From NCBI GenBank assembly GCA_964016885.1, contig OZ024740.1:22010001-22074000 (forward strand): DNA of 64,000 bases, written 5' to 3'. This document shows positions 47,545 to 61,212 of the stretch, piece by piece; position 1 is the stretch's first letter, and each line of letters begins with the position of its first letter. The notes beneath the pieces were generated by a model, which saw only the letters and a list, made by a program, of their open reading frames with translations, did no database searches and had not been told where the DNA came from. The DNA is from Eledone cirrhosa (lineage: Eukaryota). The translations under genes and the position numbers were made by a program.

Positions 47545-50500
47545 TTCTTCTAGGGCGGGTAAAATTCCCGAGATCCATGGACGAGTTCTCTCCAGCGGTC
47601 TCTGTCCCTCATTATCGCTGCCATGTCCTACGTCTCCAACAGACTAGTGTCTGTCCTTCGGGCATCAACATACGTTAACCTTGGTCTTCCTCTTCCAGTG
47701 TGTCCATGTAGGGGTTCCCACAGGAGCACTGAGTGCAATGTCAACTCTGGATGTCGGTGAGCATGTCCAGCTAACCTCAGTCTCCTCTGTGTCACTTTTG
47801 AGCTGACTTTTGGGAGGCTCCCGTACAGCTCTGAGTTTTTCTTCCTCAGTGTATACTGATTAATGTTTAGAGCCATCCTCAGCATTCTCGTGTAGTACCC
47901 ATCCACCATCTGAGTGAGTTTCTTGGTCAGTGTCCAAGTCTCAGACCCGTACAGCAGCACAGACTCCACTACAGCAATGAAGAGGTGGATTTTCAGGTCT
48001 TTACGAAGGTCCGACTTCCACACCGATCTCAAGCTGTGGCACGCCCCCAGGATTTGCTCTTCCTCTAAATCACATCATCTTCCGTATTCCCAATCTTTGC
48101 TCCCAAATACAGGAAGTCCTCAACCAATTCTAGCGGCTTCCCGCCTACATTAGTTATCCCCTCTGGCTTCTCAACATTCTCTACCAGATATTTTTTTTTA
48201 GTCTCATTCATTCTCAGCCCACACTCATCGACACAGTCTCAACCTCCTGCATCAAATCCTCTGCCTCCTTCACTGTATTTGTCACCAAAACTATGTCGTC
48301 GGCAAATTCAACATCCTATATCTTTTTCGCCTTAACTCTCCTGCTCTGAGCCGGTGCTACAGTAAAGCCAGAGTCCTGGTGTTTCCCCAGTGCAAGGCGC
48401 ATACAATAGTCCACTACGATGATAAAAAGATAGGGAGCCAATGTATCTCCCTAGAGCACTCCAGCCAGTATCTCAAAGAACTCTGTCATCCCATCAGGTG
48501 TAATGACTTGAGCTTTGGTGTTGGTGTAGAGCAGTGATATCAGGTCCACTATCTTATTGGGGATTCCAAAAGCCTGTAAGATCTTCATCAGGCAGTGACG
48601 GTCCACAGAATCAAAGGCCTTCCTAAAGTCAATGAAAACCATGTCAGCAGGAAGGCTCTTTGCTCTAGCTCCCTCTAATATCCTCCTCAGCATCAGGATG
48701 TGACTGGTGGTTGATCTTCCCTCTCTGAAGCCGTTCTGGTTGTCCCTGAGCTTCTTCTCCATCTCAGGCTGGATCCTGTTAAGAATCATCCTGTTGAGGG
48801 TCTTTGCCACAAGTGACGTCAGTGAGATCCCCCTGTAGATGTTGGTGTTAGAGAGATTCCCTTCTTTGGCACTGGGACGATGTTACTGATCCTCCACTGA
48901 TTCGGAGCAACTCCTTTCTCCAGTGCCTGGTTACAGAACCCCAGAATGATATCATCAAAATTACACCTCTTCATCACCTCTGATGCCACTCCATCTTCTC
49001 CATGAGCCTTGCCCTCCTTGATCTTCTTGGCTCTCTGAAGCTCCTCTTGGTGAAGGGCTCTGTCTCAATATCCAGTTCTACAAACAGCCGCCTGATCACC
49101 CCAGTGCTCTGGACTGTGGAAGGTGACTCTCCTAGTAGGGTCCTAAAATGGTCTAGCCATTTCTTCTTCCTATCCTCGGGCCCTGTTCCTTGGATTTGAC
49201 TCGAACACCTTCTCTTCCTCCCTGTGATCTCGTTGATGATCATCCAGCTCTCCTTACATCCAGATCTGTCAACCGCTCTCTCCACACTTCTGATCTTCTC
49301 AATCAGTGCCTCCTTTCTGGCCTCAGTGTAAGCGGTACAGAGTTCTTGCCTCATCACCTCTACAGTCTCCATCTTCTCCTCCGTAGGATCAGCATAGAAT
49401 TGGTCCTTGGCAGCTTTCAGGTGTTCTCTGGCTGCACACACTTTTGGGTTTGCAGAGCTGACGTGCTTCCTTTTGTTCTTTTTCCTCGGCACCAGGGCTG
49501 ACTTGCTTCCGCCACTGCATTGGTGAAGTGCCCGTACCTCCTCGTCACACTCTCCTCAGTCCATCAAATCTCTCTTTCCTCTGTCTCTCCACACAGAGCA
49601 CTGAACCTGTTCCTCACTTCCACTATGAACCTCTGATGTAGCTTATCATCTTCCTTGAAAGCTCCCCAGTCATAGATTGCTCTCCGGGGCTGAGCCTTGC
49701 TCTTTCTTAAGCTCACCCGGATCTCACTCATAACAAGCCGGTGGTCACTACCCAGTGTACTGAAATAGTTGTATGGTTCTGTGTTCAGAACACTATTCTG
49801 CCACTTTTTCCTCACCAGAATGAAATCAATCTGGGACTTGGACAGGTGCATATGTGAGATGTAGGTCCACATCTTCCCCGGATTCTTCCTAAACCTTAGG
49901 TTGGTTGCGATCAAGTTCGCCTCCAGCAGGGTGTCTCTCAGTAGTCTTCCATTTCGGTTGGTGTTGTTATGGAAGTACCAGCAAGGATCTTCACTGCCCT
50001 CCTTACTAAGATGTGCATTGAAGTCCCCCAAAACAAGTAGGATGTTGTGTGCTTGTGTGGTTTTGACAGCACCACACACCTCCTCGTGGAACTCTTCCGC
50101 ACTCACACCACTCTCTCCCTCGGTTGGACTATAGGCTGAGATGACTGTCAGTCTTGGGTTTCCATTGAAGGTCACCCTCAACACTTGCGGGGAGACAGGT
50201 ATTATTTCCCTTACCAATAGACTGGTTTTTGTGCTGAAAACAAAACTCACTCCTCCTACTGCAGCATTGGTCATGTTCCTCACTGCCGATGTGGTGATGG
50301 GCTGGCTCATCTTCCCAATCATCACACTCCTCACGGGCTCATCGTGTAGGATCCTGTGTTCTTGGATCGCAAGTATCTGTATACCACTCTCCTCAAACAG
50401 ATGTCCCAACTCCTCTCTCTTCTCCAGCGTCCGAATAGTCCTCACATTCAAAGTGCCCATTTTGATGGCTCTTCTGCAGGACAAAACTGCATTCTTTATA

Positions 50501-50852
50501 TTTGTCTCAGAGAGACAGCTGATCCATCATCCACTGGCCCTCCCTGTGGCTCTAAGCCAGCAGAGTCATAACGACCAGACTGCTCCTTGACCGTGTAGTT
50601 AGGGGATCTAGCCCTAGTGCTGTTAGATCGACTCTCCATATTTCTTTTCAATGGCTGACAATACCTTACCGGCACCACTCGAATAAGGTAGTTATTTAAC
50701 CCATAAATGGGGCCCGAACAGGTACTACTACTCCGGGCCAGAGCAGACCCCTGGGAGTTATGACAACTAAGGGGTAACTCCACATTTCCCACAGCTCCTG
50801 AACTCCCGAACTGGAGCCTTGCCACTGGATGTAGTTTAATGTAATACCCCCC
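47545..50852 (-). mobile_element. Near full-length but decayed RTE-clade LINE (APE + RT, multiple stops/frameshifts)
   Basis: GTLNVRT, IQEHR, SAYSPT, LGDFNAH, IDFIL, SDHR; QNGFR, FIDFRKAFDSV; VLLYGSETWTL, GRGRP. Short 3'-end copy at 54603-54678 (+). Confidence 0.88.
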
Positions 50853-50871
50853 ACACACACACACACTCAGG

Positions 50872-50913
<42 letters not shown>

Positions 50914-50914
<1 letters not shown>

Positions 50915-51210
50915 ATTGTTTCTACTTTCGGCACAAGGCCAGCAATTACCCAGTGCATTACTGGTACTTTATTTTATCGACCCCGTAAGGATGAAAGGCA
51001 AAGTTAACCTCGGCGGGATTTGAACTCAGAATGGCAAGGGCCGTAACTCTTTGCTGCAAAGCATGGCGTCCGACCCTCTACCGATACTGCCAATCCACCG
51101 CCCTTATATATATATATAATTGTTTCTACTTTAGGCACAAGGCCAGCAATTACCCAGTGCATTACTTGTACTTTATTTTATCGACCCCGTAAGGATGAAA
51201 GGCAAAGTTA
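50914..51210 (-). mobile_element. One full and one partial tRNA-derived SINE
   Basis: Same family as 5535-5750; ends ...ctgccaatccaccgccc. Confidence 0.8.
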
Positions 51211-51223
51211 ATGTGTACATATA

Positions 51224-51254
<31 letters not shown>

Positions 51255-51481
51255 AGTGCGTGTGTGTGTTTGTGTTAATGTTTAAAGCGAACAGAACCAC
51301 AATTTAAGGCGAGGTACACAATATGCTATGGATATACTTTCATTTATTAAATTTATCATTCTTGCAGGACTAGTTCAGTTTCTTCCTGTGAGAATTTGTC
51401 TGAGGTGACTCCCACACATATTCTTAGAAGGAAACTGAAGCAGTAAGATTAATTTTAATATATATATTTATATATATATAT

Positions 51482-51605
<124 letters not shown>

Positions 51606-51712
51606 TCACTCACACATATGTGTTTGTAAAAAGTAAATAGAAATAACATAGCAAGCGAGACAGTACAATGAAGAAATATGTTAGTTTTACACTTGATAAA
51701 GTAGGAGGAGTG

Positions 51713-51744
51713 TCTTAACGTTTCGGAGGATAGTCCTTCATCAG
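51713..51744 (-). ncRNA. Degenerate hammerhead core, family of 56139
   Basis: CTGATGA-agga ctatcc tcc-GAAA-cgtt; stem I does not pair. Confidence 0.45.
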
Positions 51745-51802
51745 ATTATAGAATGAGAAATTAAAGAAGAAATGTGAAGAAAAAGTGAGTCTTTTATTTC
51801 GT

Positions 51803-51834
<32 letters not shown>

Positions 51835-51991
51835 GAATAGAAAACGAAAAATCAGTGATGCATCTGAACTCAATTTATTATGTGTTACAATTGTTTCCCG
51901 GCTGACAGCTCGAGACGCGATCATTGTGTGCACACAATGATCGCGTCTCGAGCTTGACTTTCTTGTTATTATTTTCATTGTTAAATTAATA

Positions 51992-52055
<64 letters not shown>

Positions 52056-52372
52056 AACAGAAATAACACAAACGGTACAGTATATGGAAGGAATATATTA
52101 GGTTAACGCTTCAAATAGCAGGAAGAGGGTCTTAACGTTTCGGACGCTAGTCCTTCATGTATGTGTGTGTGTGTGTGTGTGTGAGTGTGTTGAAGTAAAC
52201 GAGGTATCGAGGTATCGTTTAAGGTAATCAAAGGAGAGGTTACGAGTAATCTGTACCATGGAGGATTTTAACGTGTGGCGTTGTTTGACTCAAAAAGATG
52301 TTTACTTAGTTGTGGCGTTTGGATATTCGATTTCGGACAGTTCCGAGGTAAGCAGTTCCTGGAGATTTAATA

Positions 52373-52797
52373 ATGGTTTCTTATATAGGCACAAGGACAG
52401 CAATTTTGGGGGAGGGGAAAGTCGATTAAATCGACCCTAGTGCGTGACTGGTACTTTATTTTATCGTTCTCGTAAGGATGAAAGGCAAAGTTAACCTCGG
52501 CAGATTTGAACTCAGATCATAAAGGGCCGTAACTCTATGCTGCAGAGCATGGCATCCGACCCTCTACCGATACTGGCAATCCACCGCCCTTGCGGGAGTA
52601 TTAATAATTGTCTTTATTTTTGGCACAAGGCCAGCAATTACTCAGTACATTACTGGTACTTTATTTTATCGACCTCGTAAGGATGAAAGGTAAAGTTAAC
52701 CTCGGCGGGATTTGAACTTAGACCATAAAGGGCCGTAACTCTATGCTGCAAAGCATGGCGTCCGACCCTCTACCGATACTGCCAATCCACCGCCCTT
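52373..52797 (-). mobile_element. Two tandem tRNA-derived SINEs
   Basis: Copies at 52373-52590 and 52606-52797. Confidence 0.8.
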
Positions 52798-53054
52798 CCT
52801 GGAGTATTAACAATGAAAGAATAAAGAACAACACAGATAAACTATACAGTAGGGTTTATTCCAAGTATTAACATATGTTTCATTGGCTAGTGTGTGATTG
52901 GATGTGTCTTAAAATCGTTATCTACAATGATGTTGTGACACTCGATTTTAAATACTGCTTATTCCAGTCAAACTATCAAACTAGCCTACGAAACTTGGAA
53001 TAAACCCTACTGTATAGCTTATCCCTGTTATTCTTCATTCTTTCATTATATATA

Positions 53055-53784
53055 CTAGCAGAAAAACCACCCTCGGGTGGTTTTCTGATAGCATGTGTAG
53101 TGTGTATATTGATATTATACGCAAGTATATATACATGTAGATATGATACCTCAAATAAAATCGTAATTGACAATATAAACATAAATTGAACCATAACGTT
53201 GTTACACTGTCTTATGTAATCAGTAACGTAATCCATGATATATTAAAAATAGACGATATTATATATAAACTACATTAGGAGAAAATTAGTGACAGAAAAT
53301 TAGTGTTTATTTAAGTGATCGCCACCGGAAGTGTTGACATCATACACTCTCTCTTTCTATATATATATGGTAGTTGAAGTGGTGGTGGTGGCAACGACAT
53401 ACCGGAAGTGCAACTTTGAAAAGAAGTCAATTTTAAATTATTTATTTTTACGAAATTATTTTTGTTTACGAAATTTAGTAGATAAATTATGTAATATTCA
53501 TTCATTGTGGATTGGCAGAATCGGTAGAGGGTTGGACGCCATGCTTTGCAGCAAAGAGTTACGGCCCTTTATGGTCTGAGTTCAAATCGCACCGAGGTTA
53601 ACTTTGCCTTTCATCCTTACAGGGTCTATAAAATAAAGTACCAGTAATACACTGGGTAATTGCCGGCCTTGTGCCAAAAGTAGAAACAATTATTTATTCA
53701 AAGTAATCCAACTTATTTTACGAACGGGATAAAAAAAAATAACCCGTACGCAGTCCCGCAGACCTTCCTTTATTATAGTTTAGA
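53055..53784 (-). mobile_element. Non-autonomous Helitron-like element with nested SINE (53507-53692, +)
   Basis: On the minus strand A|TC start and CTAG|T end; subterminal hairpin cagaaaaaccaccc-tc-gggtggttttctg. Confidence 0.65.
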
Positions 53785-53799
53785 TATAATGAAGGAATG

Positions 53800-54410
53800 A
53801 ATCTCTTATATCTTCCATTATATATACATATAATATCTTATATCTTCCATTATATATACATATAATATCTTATATCTTCCATTATATATACATATAATCT
53901 CTTATATCTTCCATTATATATACATATAATCTCTTATATCTTCCATTATATATATATATAATCTCTTATATCTTCCATTATATATACATATAATATTTTA
54001 TATCTTCCATTATATATACATATAATCTCTTATATCTTCCATTATATATACATATAATCTCTTATATCTTCCATTATATATATATATAATCTCTTATATC
54101 TTCCATTATATATACATATAATATTTTATATCTTCCATTATATATATATATAATCTCTTATATCTTCCATTATATATACATATAATCTCTTATATCTTCC
54201 ATTATATATATATATAATCTCTTATATCTTCCATTATATATACATATAATATCTTATATCTTCCATTATATATACATATAATATCTTATATCTTCCATTA
54301 TATATACATATAATCTCTTATATCTTCCATTATATATACATATAATATCTTATATCTTCCATTATATATACATATAATCTCTTATATCTTCCATTATATA
54401 TATATATATA
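53800..54410. repeat. 32-bp AT-rich minisatellite (~19 copies)
   Basis: Unit aatctcttatatcttccattatatatacatat. Confidence 0.95.
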
Positions 54411-54677
54411 TTTGTTTCTACTTTCGGCACAAGGCCAGCAATTACTCAATATATTACTGGTACTTTATTTTATCGACCCCGTAAGGATGAAAGGTAAAGT
54501 TAACCTCGACGGCATTTGAACTCAGACCATAAAGGGACATAACTATGCTAGAAAGCATGGCGTCCAACCCTCTACCGATAATACCAATTCACTGAAAGAA
54601 TGCAGGACATGGCAGCGATAATGAGAGACAGAGACCGCTGAAGAGAACTCGTCCATGGATCTCGGGAATTTTACCCG

Positions 54678-54709
<32 letters not shown>

Positions 54710-54738
54710 TTGTTTTGCAAGGTTTTCTCCCCAAGTAT

Positions 54739-54808
<70 letters not shown>

Positions 54809-54824
54809 TATATGTGTGTGTGTA

Positions 54825-54862
<38 letters not shown>

Positions 54863-54974
54863 GATACATTATTTATCTGATCTAGAATAAACCACATTTG
54901 GGCTTTAGATAAATATCTGAATACCTTACTGTTGTTTAAACAACTTATAGAATTGACTATATATATATATATAT

Positions 54975-55874
54975 AAGTATGTATGTATACGTACATACAT
55001 ATATGTATACAGACGTACAGTAGCATGTATATATATACATACAGGCACACATATATATATGCACGTATCAGTTTACCGAACATTTATTATAATGCTCGGT
55101 TTGTTCGTTTGTAAACAAACAAACAGCCTGAATTACGCCGTACAGTGTTTAGGCAACCACGTCACCTTTTTGTTCAACACTGACACAGGAACGATGTACT
55201 AGTTTCAAGTTTATTAGCTATCGTCAGCACCGTATACCTTTCTGCCAGATGGTTGAACGTCCGAAAGTATATACTTTCCTATATACGCATATATATATGT
55301 GTGCCTGTATGTGTATATATACATGCTACTGTACGTCTGTATACATATATGTATGTACGTATACATACATACTTACATTTAAGTAAGTGCCGTACGAAGA
55401 GTGAGAAATGAAATTTCGTTTCATTCTATTCCATTTATCGTTTTCGGTGCGCCTGGCCGACTGAACTCACTCGATATGCAAATTAGGCTGCTCAGCCGTT
55501 AATTTTCATAAGGAAAGTATATACTTTCGGACGTTCAACCATCTGGCAGAAAGGTATACGGTGCTGACGATAGCTAATAAGCTTGAAACTAGTACATCGT
55601 TCCTGTGTCAGTGTTGAACAAAAAGGTGACGTGCTTGCCTAAATACTGTACGGCGTAATTCAGGCTGTTTGTTTGTTTACAAACGAACAAACCGAGCATT
55701 ATAATAAATGTTCGGTAAACTGATACGTGCATATATATATGTGTGCCTGTATGTATATATATACATGCTACTGTACGTCTGTATACATATATGTATGTAC
55801 GTATACATACATACTTTCATTTAAGTAAGTGCCGTACTAAGAGTGAGAAATGAAATTTCGTTTCATTCTATTCC

Positions 55875-55880
<6 letters not shown>
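54975..55880. repeat. Nested inverted/direct repeat cassette with HHRs at 55191-55233 (-) and 55558-55600 (+)
   Basis: 54975-55281 is the reverse complement of 55510-55815; 55287-55438 is repeated at 55728-55879. HHR: acggtg-CTGACGA-tagc taataa gctt-GAAA-cta-GTA-catcgt. Confidence 0.85.
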
Positions 55881-55932
<52 letters not shown>

Positions 55933-56138
55933 CTCTTTATACCAAACGGTTTTTTTCCATTTCAGGTAGACGCGCTCCATCATCCACTTTTGTAAAAATT
56001 AAATCATACTCAAAACGCCAGCACCAACAGTTTTCCAAGAGATCTCAACATGAATGGACCTGTTATTTTTATCTAAAGACATTTTTTTTCCAATTCCAAC
56101 CCACCCGTCCCCTTCAATCTTTCTAATTTCTCATTCTT

Positions 56139-56174
56139 TCTTCTGATGAAGGACTAGCGTCCGAAACGTTAAGA
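56139..56174 (+). ncRNA. Minimal hammerhead motif
   Basis: tctt-CTGATGA-a ggac tagc gtcc-GAAA-c-GTT-aaga; palindromic AACGTT. Truncated inverted relative at 52051-52158. Confidence 0.75.
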
Positions 56175-56478
56175 CCCTCTTCCTGCTATATCAAGCGTTA
56201 ACCTAATATATTCTTTCCATATACTGTACCGATTGTGTTGTTATTTCTGCTTACCTTTTACATACATACATACATATATAACCAAATGTTAAACAAGGTT
56301 CATTGATTATTCAATGAATACAGTTTTACAATAGATTAAAAGCACTCAACAAAGACATTTTCTGGAGTTATTAATATTATTCAAAATATTAATAAATGGA
56401 TACATTCACATAATCAAAATATATAAATTGATAAATGACATACCTCAACTGTGCTGATGGTTCAATTTCAGTCTTGGC

Positions 56479-56580
<102 letters not shown>

Positions 56581-56687
56581 CTCATATTATAAACAAATTA
56601 TAAACAACTAATAATTGTAAATTATCCTTTTAATATAAATACACATACTATTAAAATATATATGTATACACGTATATACATAGATAA

Positions 56688-57020
56688 ATTTCTTTATTAG
56701 CCACAACGGCACAAAAGAAGGGGACAAATACAAATGGGGAGTTTACATACAGGTATATGAAAATAAAACTATTAATAAAATAACAAATAATAATTGATAT
56801 CCCCAATAGGGGGGAGGTGTTACACAGGGGTTGTACACACCCCGAAAAAATGTACAACCCTCATCTCCAGGAGCACCAAGAGTGAGTACTCCCTTCCTCT
56901 CTTCCTCTTTTTCCTCAACCTACAGGCTTATATAGAGAGAAGGCCCAACCACTCGGGCCATCTTTGCCACATTCACCCACCTTTTATAAAATTTGCTGGG
57001 GTACAGCACCTCTCTCTCCA
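56688..57020 (-). mobile_element. 3' fragment of a diverged Tx1-like subfamily
   Basis: Translates EREVLYPSKFYKRWVNVAKMARVVGP, homologous to the ORF2 C-terminus; same AATAAAGAAAT end. Confidence 0.75.
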
Positions 57021-57381
57021 TCCTGATTCTTCTTATATACATAGATAACTGTTCGAATATATTTCCCTCAAATTAACGTTATATGAGCTTTTCATTTATC
57101 TTTGCTTTTTTCCTTCTTCTGTCTCTCTTACTATTTTTCCTTCTTCTCTTCTCTCTCTCTTACTATTTTTTCCTTCTACTCTTTCTTACTATTATATATT
57201 ATATATCTAAATTCTCCATAGTCGTTTAAATTAACGGTTGATTTTCAATTATTTACATATTCATTTGCATATTCACCCATAAGTTTGAAAAATCCATTAT
57301 ACATTTCCACTATCCAGGGAATACTCAATTGATAAGGTATGATTTTCCTGGGTATGTCTCTATTTATAAAACAAACTTTGT

Positions 57382-57442
57382 ATTTTATCTGAAGAAAGCG
57401 TACCAAAGTGTTTTGGTGCCCTTGAAATATGCATAAAAAAAT
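57382..57442 (+). ncRNA. Hammerhead motif
   Basis: attttat-CTGAAGA-aag cgtaccaaa gtg ttttggtgc cctt-GAAA-tatgc-ATA-aaaaaat. Confidence 0.65.
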
Positions 57443-57482
57443 AAATATGGTTTTATAAATATAGTTTCCATTTATTTAATAT

Positions 57483-57521
<39 letters not shown>

Positions 57522-57555
57522 TTACAGTAATCAAAGTTCAGTTTAAGTCATTTAT

Positions 57556-57604
57556 TTGCTTACAATTGTTTCCTCCAAACCGAGGTTTGGATTCTTCGGA
57601 GCAA
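57556..57604 (-). ncRNA. Hammerhead motif, core variant CCGAAGA
   Basis: ttgct-CCGAAGA-a tccaaacc tc ggtttgga g-GAAA-caatt-GTA-agcaa. Confidence 0.6.
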
Positions 57605-57688
57605 CTATTTATAACATACTTGACCTCCTTTTCAACCCAAAAGAGACATAAAACATATGCGCATATTGATCAACAGTGGGGTGACATT

Positions 57689-57737
<49 letters not shown>

Positions 57738-57897
57738 TTGAGTTTCAGAAGATCCCGTTAAGGGTGAAACAGCGATTCTTTGCTTAAACTTTAATCTGTT
57801 ATTTTAATAAATATTTGCTCTAGGGTTCTTATATATTTGATATATATTTATCCTTATCGAGCCCTCTTTGGATTTTAGTCTTGATATTTATTATTAT

Positions 57898-57940
<43 letters not shown>

Positions 57941-58073
57941 AAGGTTAAACAAGGTTCAATGAATAAATCAAAGAGTTTTACAATAGATTGGAAGCACTCC
58001 ACAGTTATGGTTTTCCAGAGTTATTAATATTAATTCAAAATATTAACAAAATAGATATTCTTGTGATCAAGTA

Positions 58074-58140
58074 TATTTTATTATACATATTTCAGAGGTA
58101 CTTAGTTAACTTCAACAGTACGTCCTCATCAGATAAAATA
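58074..58140 (-). ncRNA. Hammerhead motif
   Basis: tattttat-CTGATGA-ggacgtac...gtacctct-GAAA-tatgt-ATA-ataaaata; 8-bp stem I. Confidence 0.75.
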
Positions 58141-58379
58141 AGATGATGCATGACATACCCTGACATAGTAGATGGTTAAGATTCAGTCATGTATGTATGC
58201 ATGTATGTTTATATATATATTCCTTTTCGATCGACTTTCGTCAAATCGAACCGAGGAAACAATGTTTCCGCTGATCTTTCCAGTTGCTAATACTATCTAT
58301 CGGTCGCAACTCCAGGTAGAAGGAACAACGTGAAATAAAGTGTCTTGCTCAAGGACATAACGCATCACCCGGTCCAGGA

Positions 58380-58459
<80 letters not shown>

Positions 58460-58921
58460 GTATATCTCTCCCGGTGATTTTGGATGGCAATTGACTCTTA
58501 AGAGCTCCTTTGCCCTTTGACAGGTTTTGTTTTTAGTCCTGCAGGATGTCCAAAGTCACCCTCCTCACCAAGAAACCTTTGTCAAGGCAGAATTCTAGGA
58601 GAAGGAAAACTCTGATATAATACCTGCAACTCTGGTGGTATCCAATGATGTTGACTTGTTCTTCTTTTTGGTAAATATCATCTTGGTTAAGAGAGTGGGA
58701 CTGGCTTTGTGCAGAGCCTTTGCTCACTATAAAAGCTTCACGGCACAGGCATTGCTTTATATCTGGAGATCTCTCTGCACTTGTCGTCACATGGTACCAT
58801 GGGCCCAGCATTATGTGTCAATAATTGTTACAAGTGTAGTGTTTGTACCAGAGTTTTCAAGTCGCTGGCTGGACTAAAATGTCACACTCGTTTAGCGTAT
58901 CGGTAGGGGTTCTCTTCTCCT

Positions 58922-58999
<78 letters not shown>

Positions 59000-59137
59000 G
59001 AGTTAAACAAAATTCAATGAGTATATCAAAGAATGAGTTTTACAGTAGATTGGAAGCACTCTACGAAAAATAATTTTCCAGAGTTATTAATATTAGAATA
59101 TAAATATTAATAAAATAGATGTTCTTTTGATCAATTA

Positions 59138-59192
59138 TATTTTATTATACATATTTCGGATATACGACAGTACGTCCTCATCAGACAAAATA
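59138..59192 (-). ncRNA. Canonical-core hammerhead motif; truncated inverted copy at 59376-59420
   Basis: tattttgt-CTGATGA-ggacgtac tgtc gtatatcc-GAAA-tatgt-ATA-ataaaata. Confidence 0.8.
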
Positions 59193-59524
59193 TAATGATA
59201 CATGACATACTCTGAGATGTTAAATGGTTAAGATTTAATCAAGGTAGTGATTAACCTAAGAGAAAATTTAACATTTACACCCTAATAATGAGAAAATGCG
59301 AAAACATAATAAATTCAATAGAGAATGTGTGAGTAAGAAAAACGTTGCTTAATGTACCAGTTTACCAGTTATCGAGATGAGGACGTACTGTTGTACATCC
59401 GAAATATGTATAATAAAATGTAATTGATCAAAAGAACATCTATTTTATTAATATTTATATTCTAATATATATATTTATATTCTAATATATATATTTATAT
59501 TCTAATATATATATATATATATAT

Positions 59525-60070
59525 AGTTAAAAGAATAGAGGTGTAACACACAAGTTATTATATATTGGTAAACGGAATAGAAAATGCTGACAAATTGTTA
59601 GCAGTTGAAAAATGGTTTAATTAGGAATAAAAGAGTATTAGTGATTGTATGGGTTAGTATTCAGTTGTGGTTTTAAGTTTTTAAGTTTTTACCGGTTGCG
59701 CATTTCTAAATGCTTTTCAAAAATAATTTTGAGATAAAGTGTCCGTGCTGTTTGCTCTGATCTGATTAGTTTTGGGAATTCTACCTGTTTTTATGTTAAA
59801 AAAGTGGCTCCAGCATTATTTTTGTGTTGCAAAAATTCTTGTGGTCAAAACAATTTTGATTGGTCGGTAGAGGTCATGTGAATAAAAAATTGGTTTTGCG
59901 CCAAGATTGAGAAATGACTCTTTCACAACAAATATGTGTGTGTGTGTGTGTATGTGTGTGTGTGTGTGTGTGTGTATGTGTGTGTGTGTGTGTGTGTGTA
60001 GTTGTAGTAGTAAGGTTTTCGATGCTGCGACAATGGCCAGCAGCGATGTGTGTCAAATGGCTATTAAGAT

Positions 60071-60111
<41 letters not shown>

Positions 60112-60378
60112 GGGATGGTCAGTAAGAATGTGTCTGAAAGCAATGGGGGGTATTTTAGCATGTCAAAAGATATTTTTCAGCTTTTGTCTTTTGCACGGAC
60201 ACTCTATCTCAAAATTATTTTTGAAAAGCATTTAGAAATGCGCAACCGGTAAAAACTTAAAAACTTAAAACCACAACTGAATACTAACCCATACAATCAC
60301 TAATACTCTTTTATTCCTAATTAAACCATTTTTCAACTGTGAACAATTTGTCAGCATTTTCTATTCCGTTTACCAATA
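59525..60378. mobile_element. Non-coding fold-back derivative of the 23.5-28.3 kb PLE 3' end
   Basis: 59561-60190 is similar to 23541-24300; 60195-60378 is the inverted copy of its terminus. Confidence 0.88.
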
Positions 60379-60401
60379 TATATATATATATTAGAATATA
60401 A

Positions 60402-60455
<54 letters not shown>

Positions 60456-60956
60456 GTATATATATATGTATATATAATATATATATATATGTATGTATAT
60501 ACATATGTATATATATATGTATATATAATATATATATATATATGTATATATATACATCAGCCGTTGGGGTCCTACTCGTTCCTATTACCCACTCTACTAC
60601 CCTAAGTATTGAGTACTTTGGTGCGTTATGGTCCACCTGGTTCCTTACCACATTTCCTTCGTTATATATATATGGTGGCTGCCAACTCGTTTTCGAGTAC
60701 GGCCACTACTTTATATCTACAACTGACGATTTCCTCTGACGATTGACTTGCGTCTCCCATATCTTAATCCAAATCGATAGTTTGTGATCGATGATCGATC
60801 ACATAGATCGTTTTAAAGTTATGGAACTTCAAGTCATAAAATAGTGTCATAAGGAATGTTATTGTTTCCATCTATAGTACGTATTTGTCCTTGGAATATG
60901 TGCTTTGTATATATACAATATATTGTTTAGTCTCATTGGATATATGGTTCTCCTCC

Positions 60957-61027
<71 letters not shown>

Positions 61028-61212
61028 GCTAGCTTTCTCCCCCCCCCTCTCTCCCAATATACATATATCTTTTCATTTGAATTCAGCTTCTTGCTGCCAT
61101 GATGTCTCTATGCGAATGCCCGGATAAATGGTGCTAAATCGAAACCATTCAGTGTGGGAGTCGGACTCTGTCAAGGGTGCATACTATCACCTATCTTGTT
61201 CATTATTTACAT

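Noticed and set aside
58470-58630. Possible HDV-like ribozyme near the RTE 5'-UTR-like motif TAGGAGAAGGAAAACTCTGA
   Set aside because: Could not assemble the P1-P4 nested pseudoknot by eye; needs a descriptor search.
60720-60760. Two CTGACGA heptamers
   Set aside because: No correctly placed stem II/GAAA/stem III downstream.
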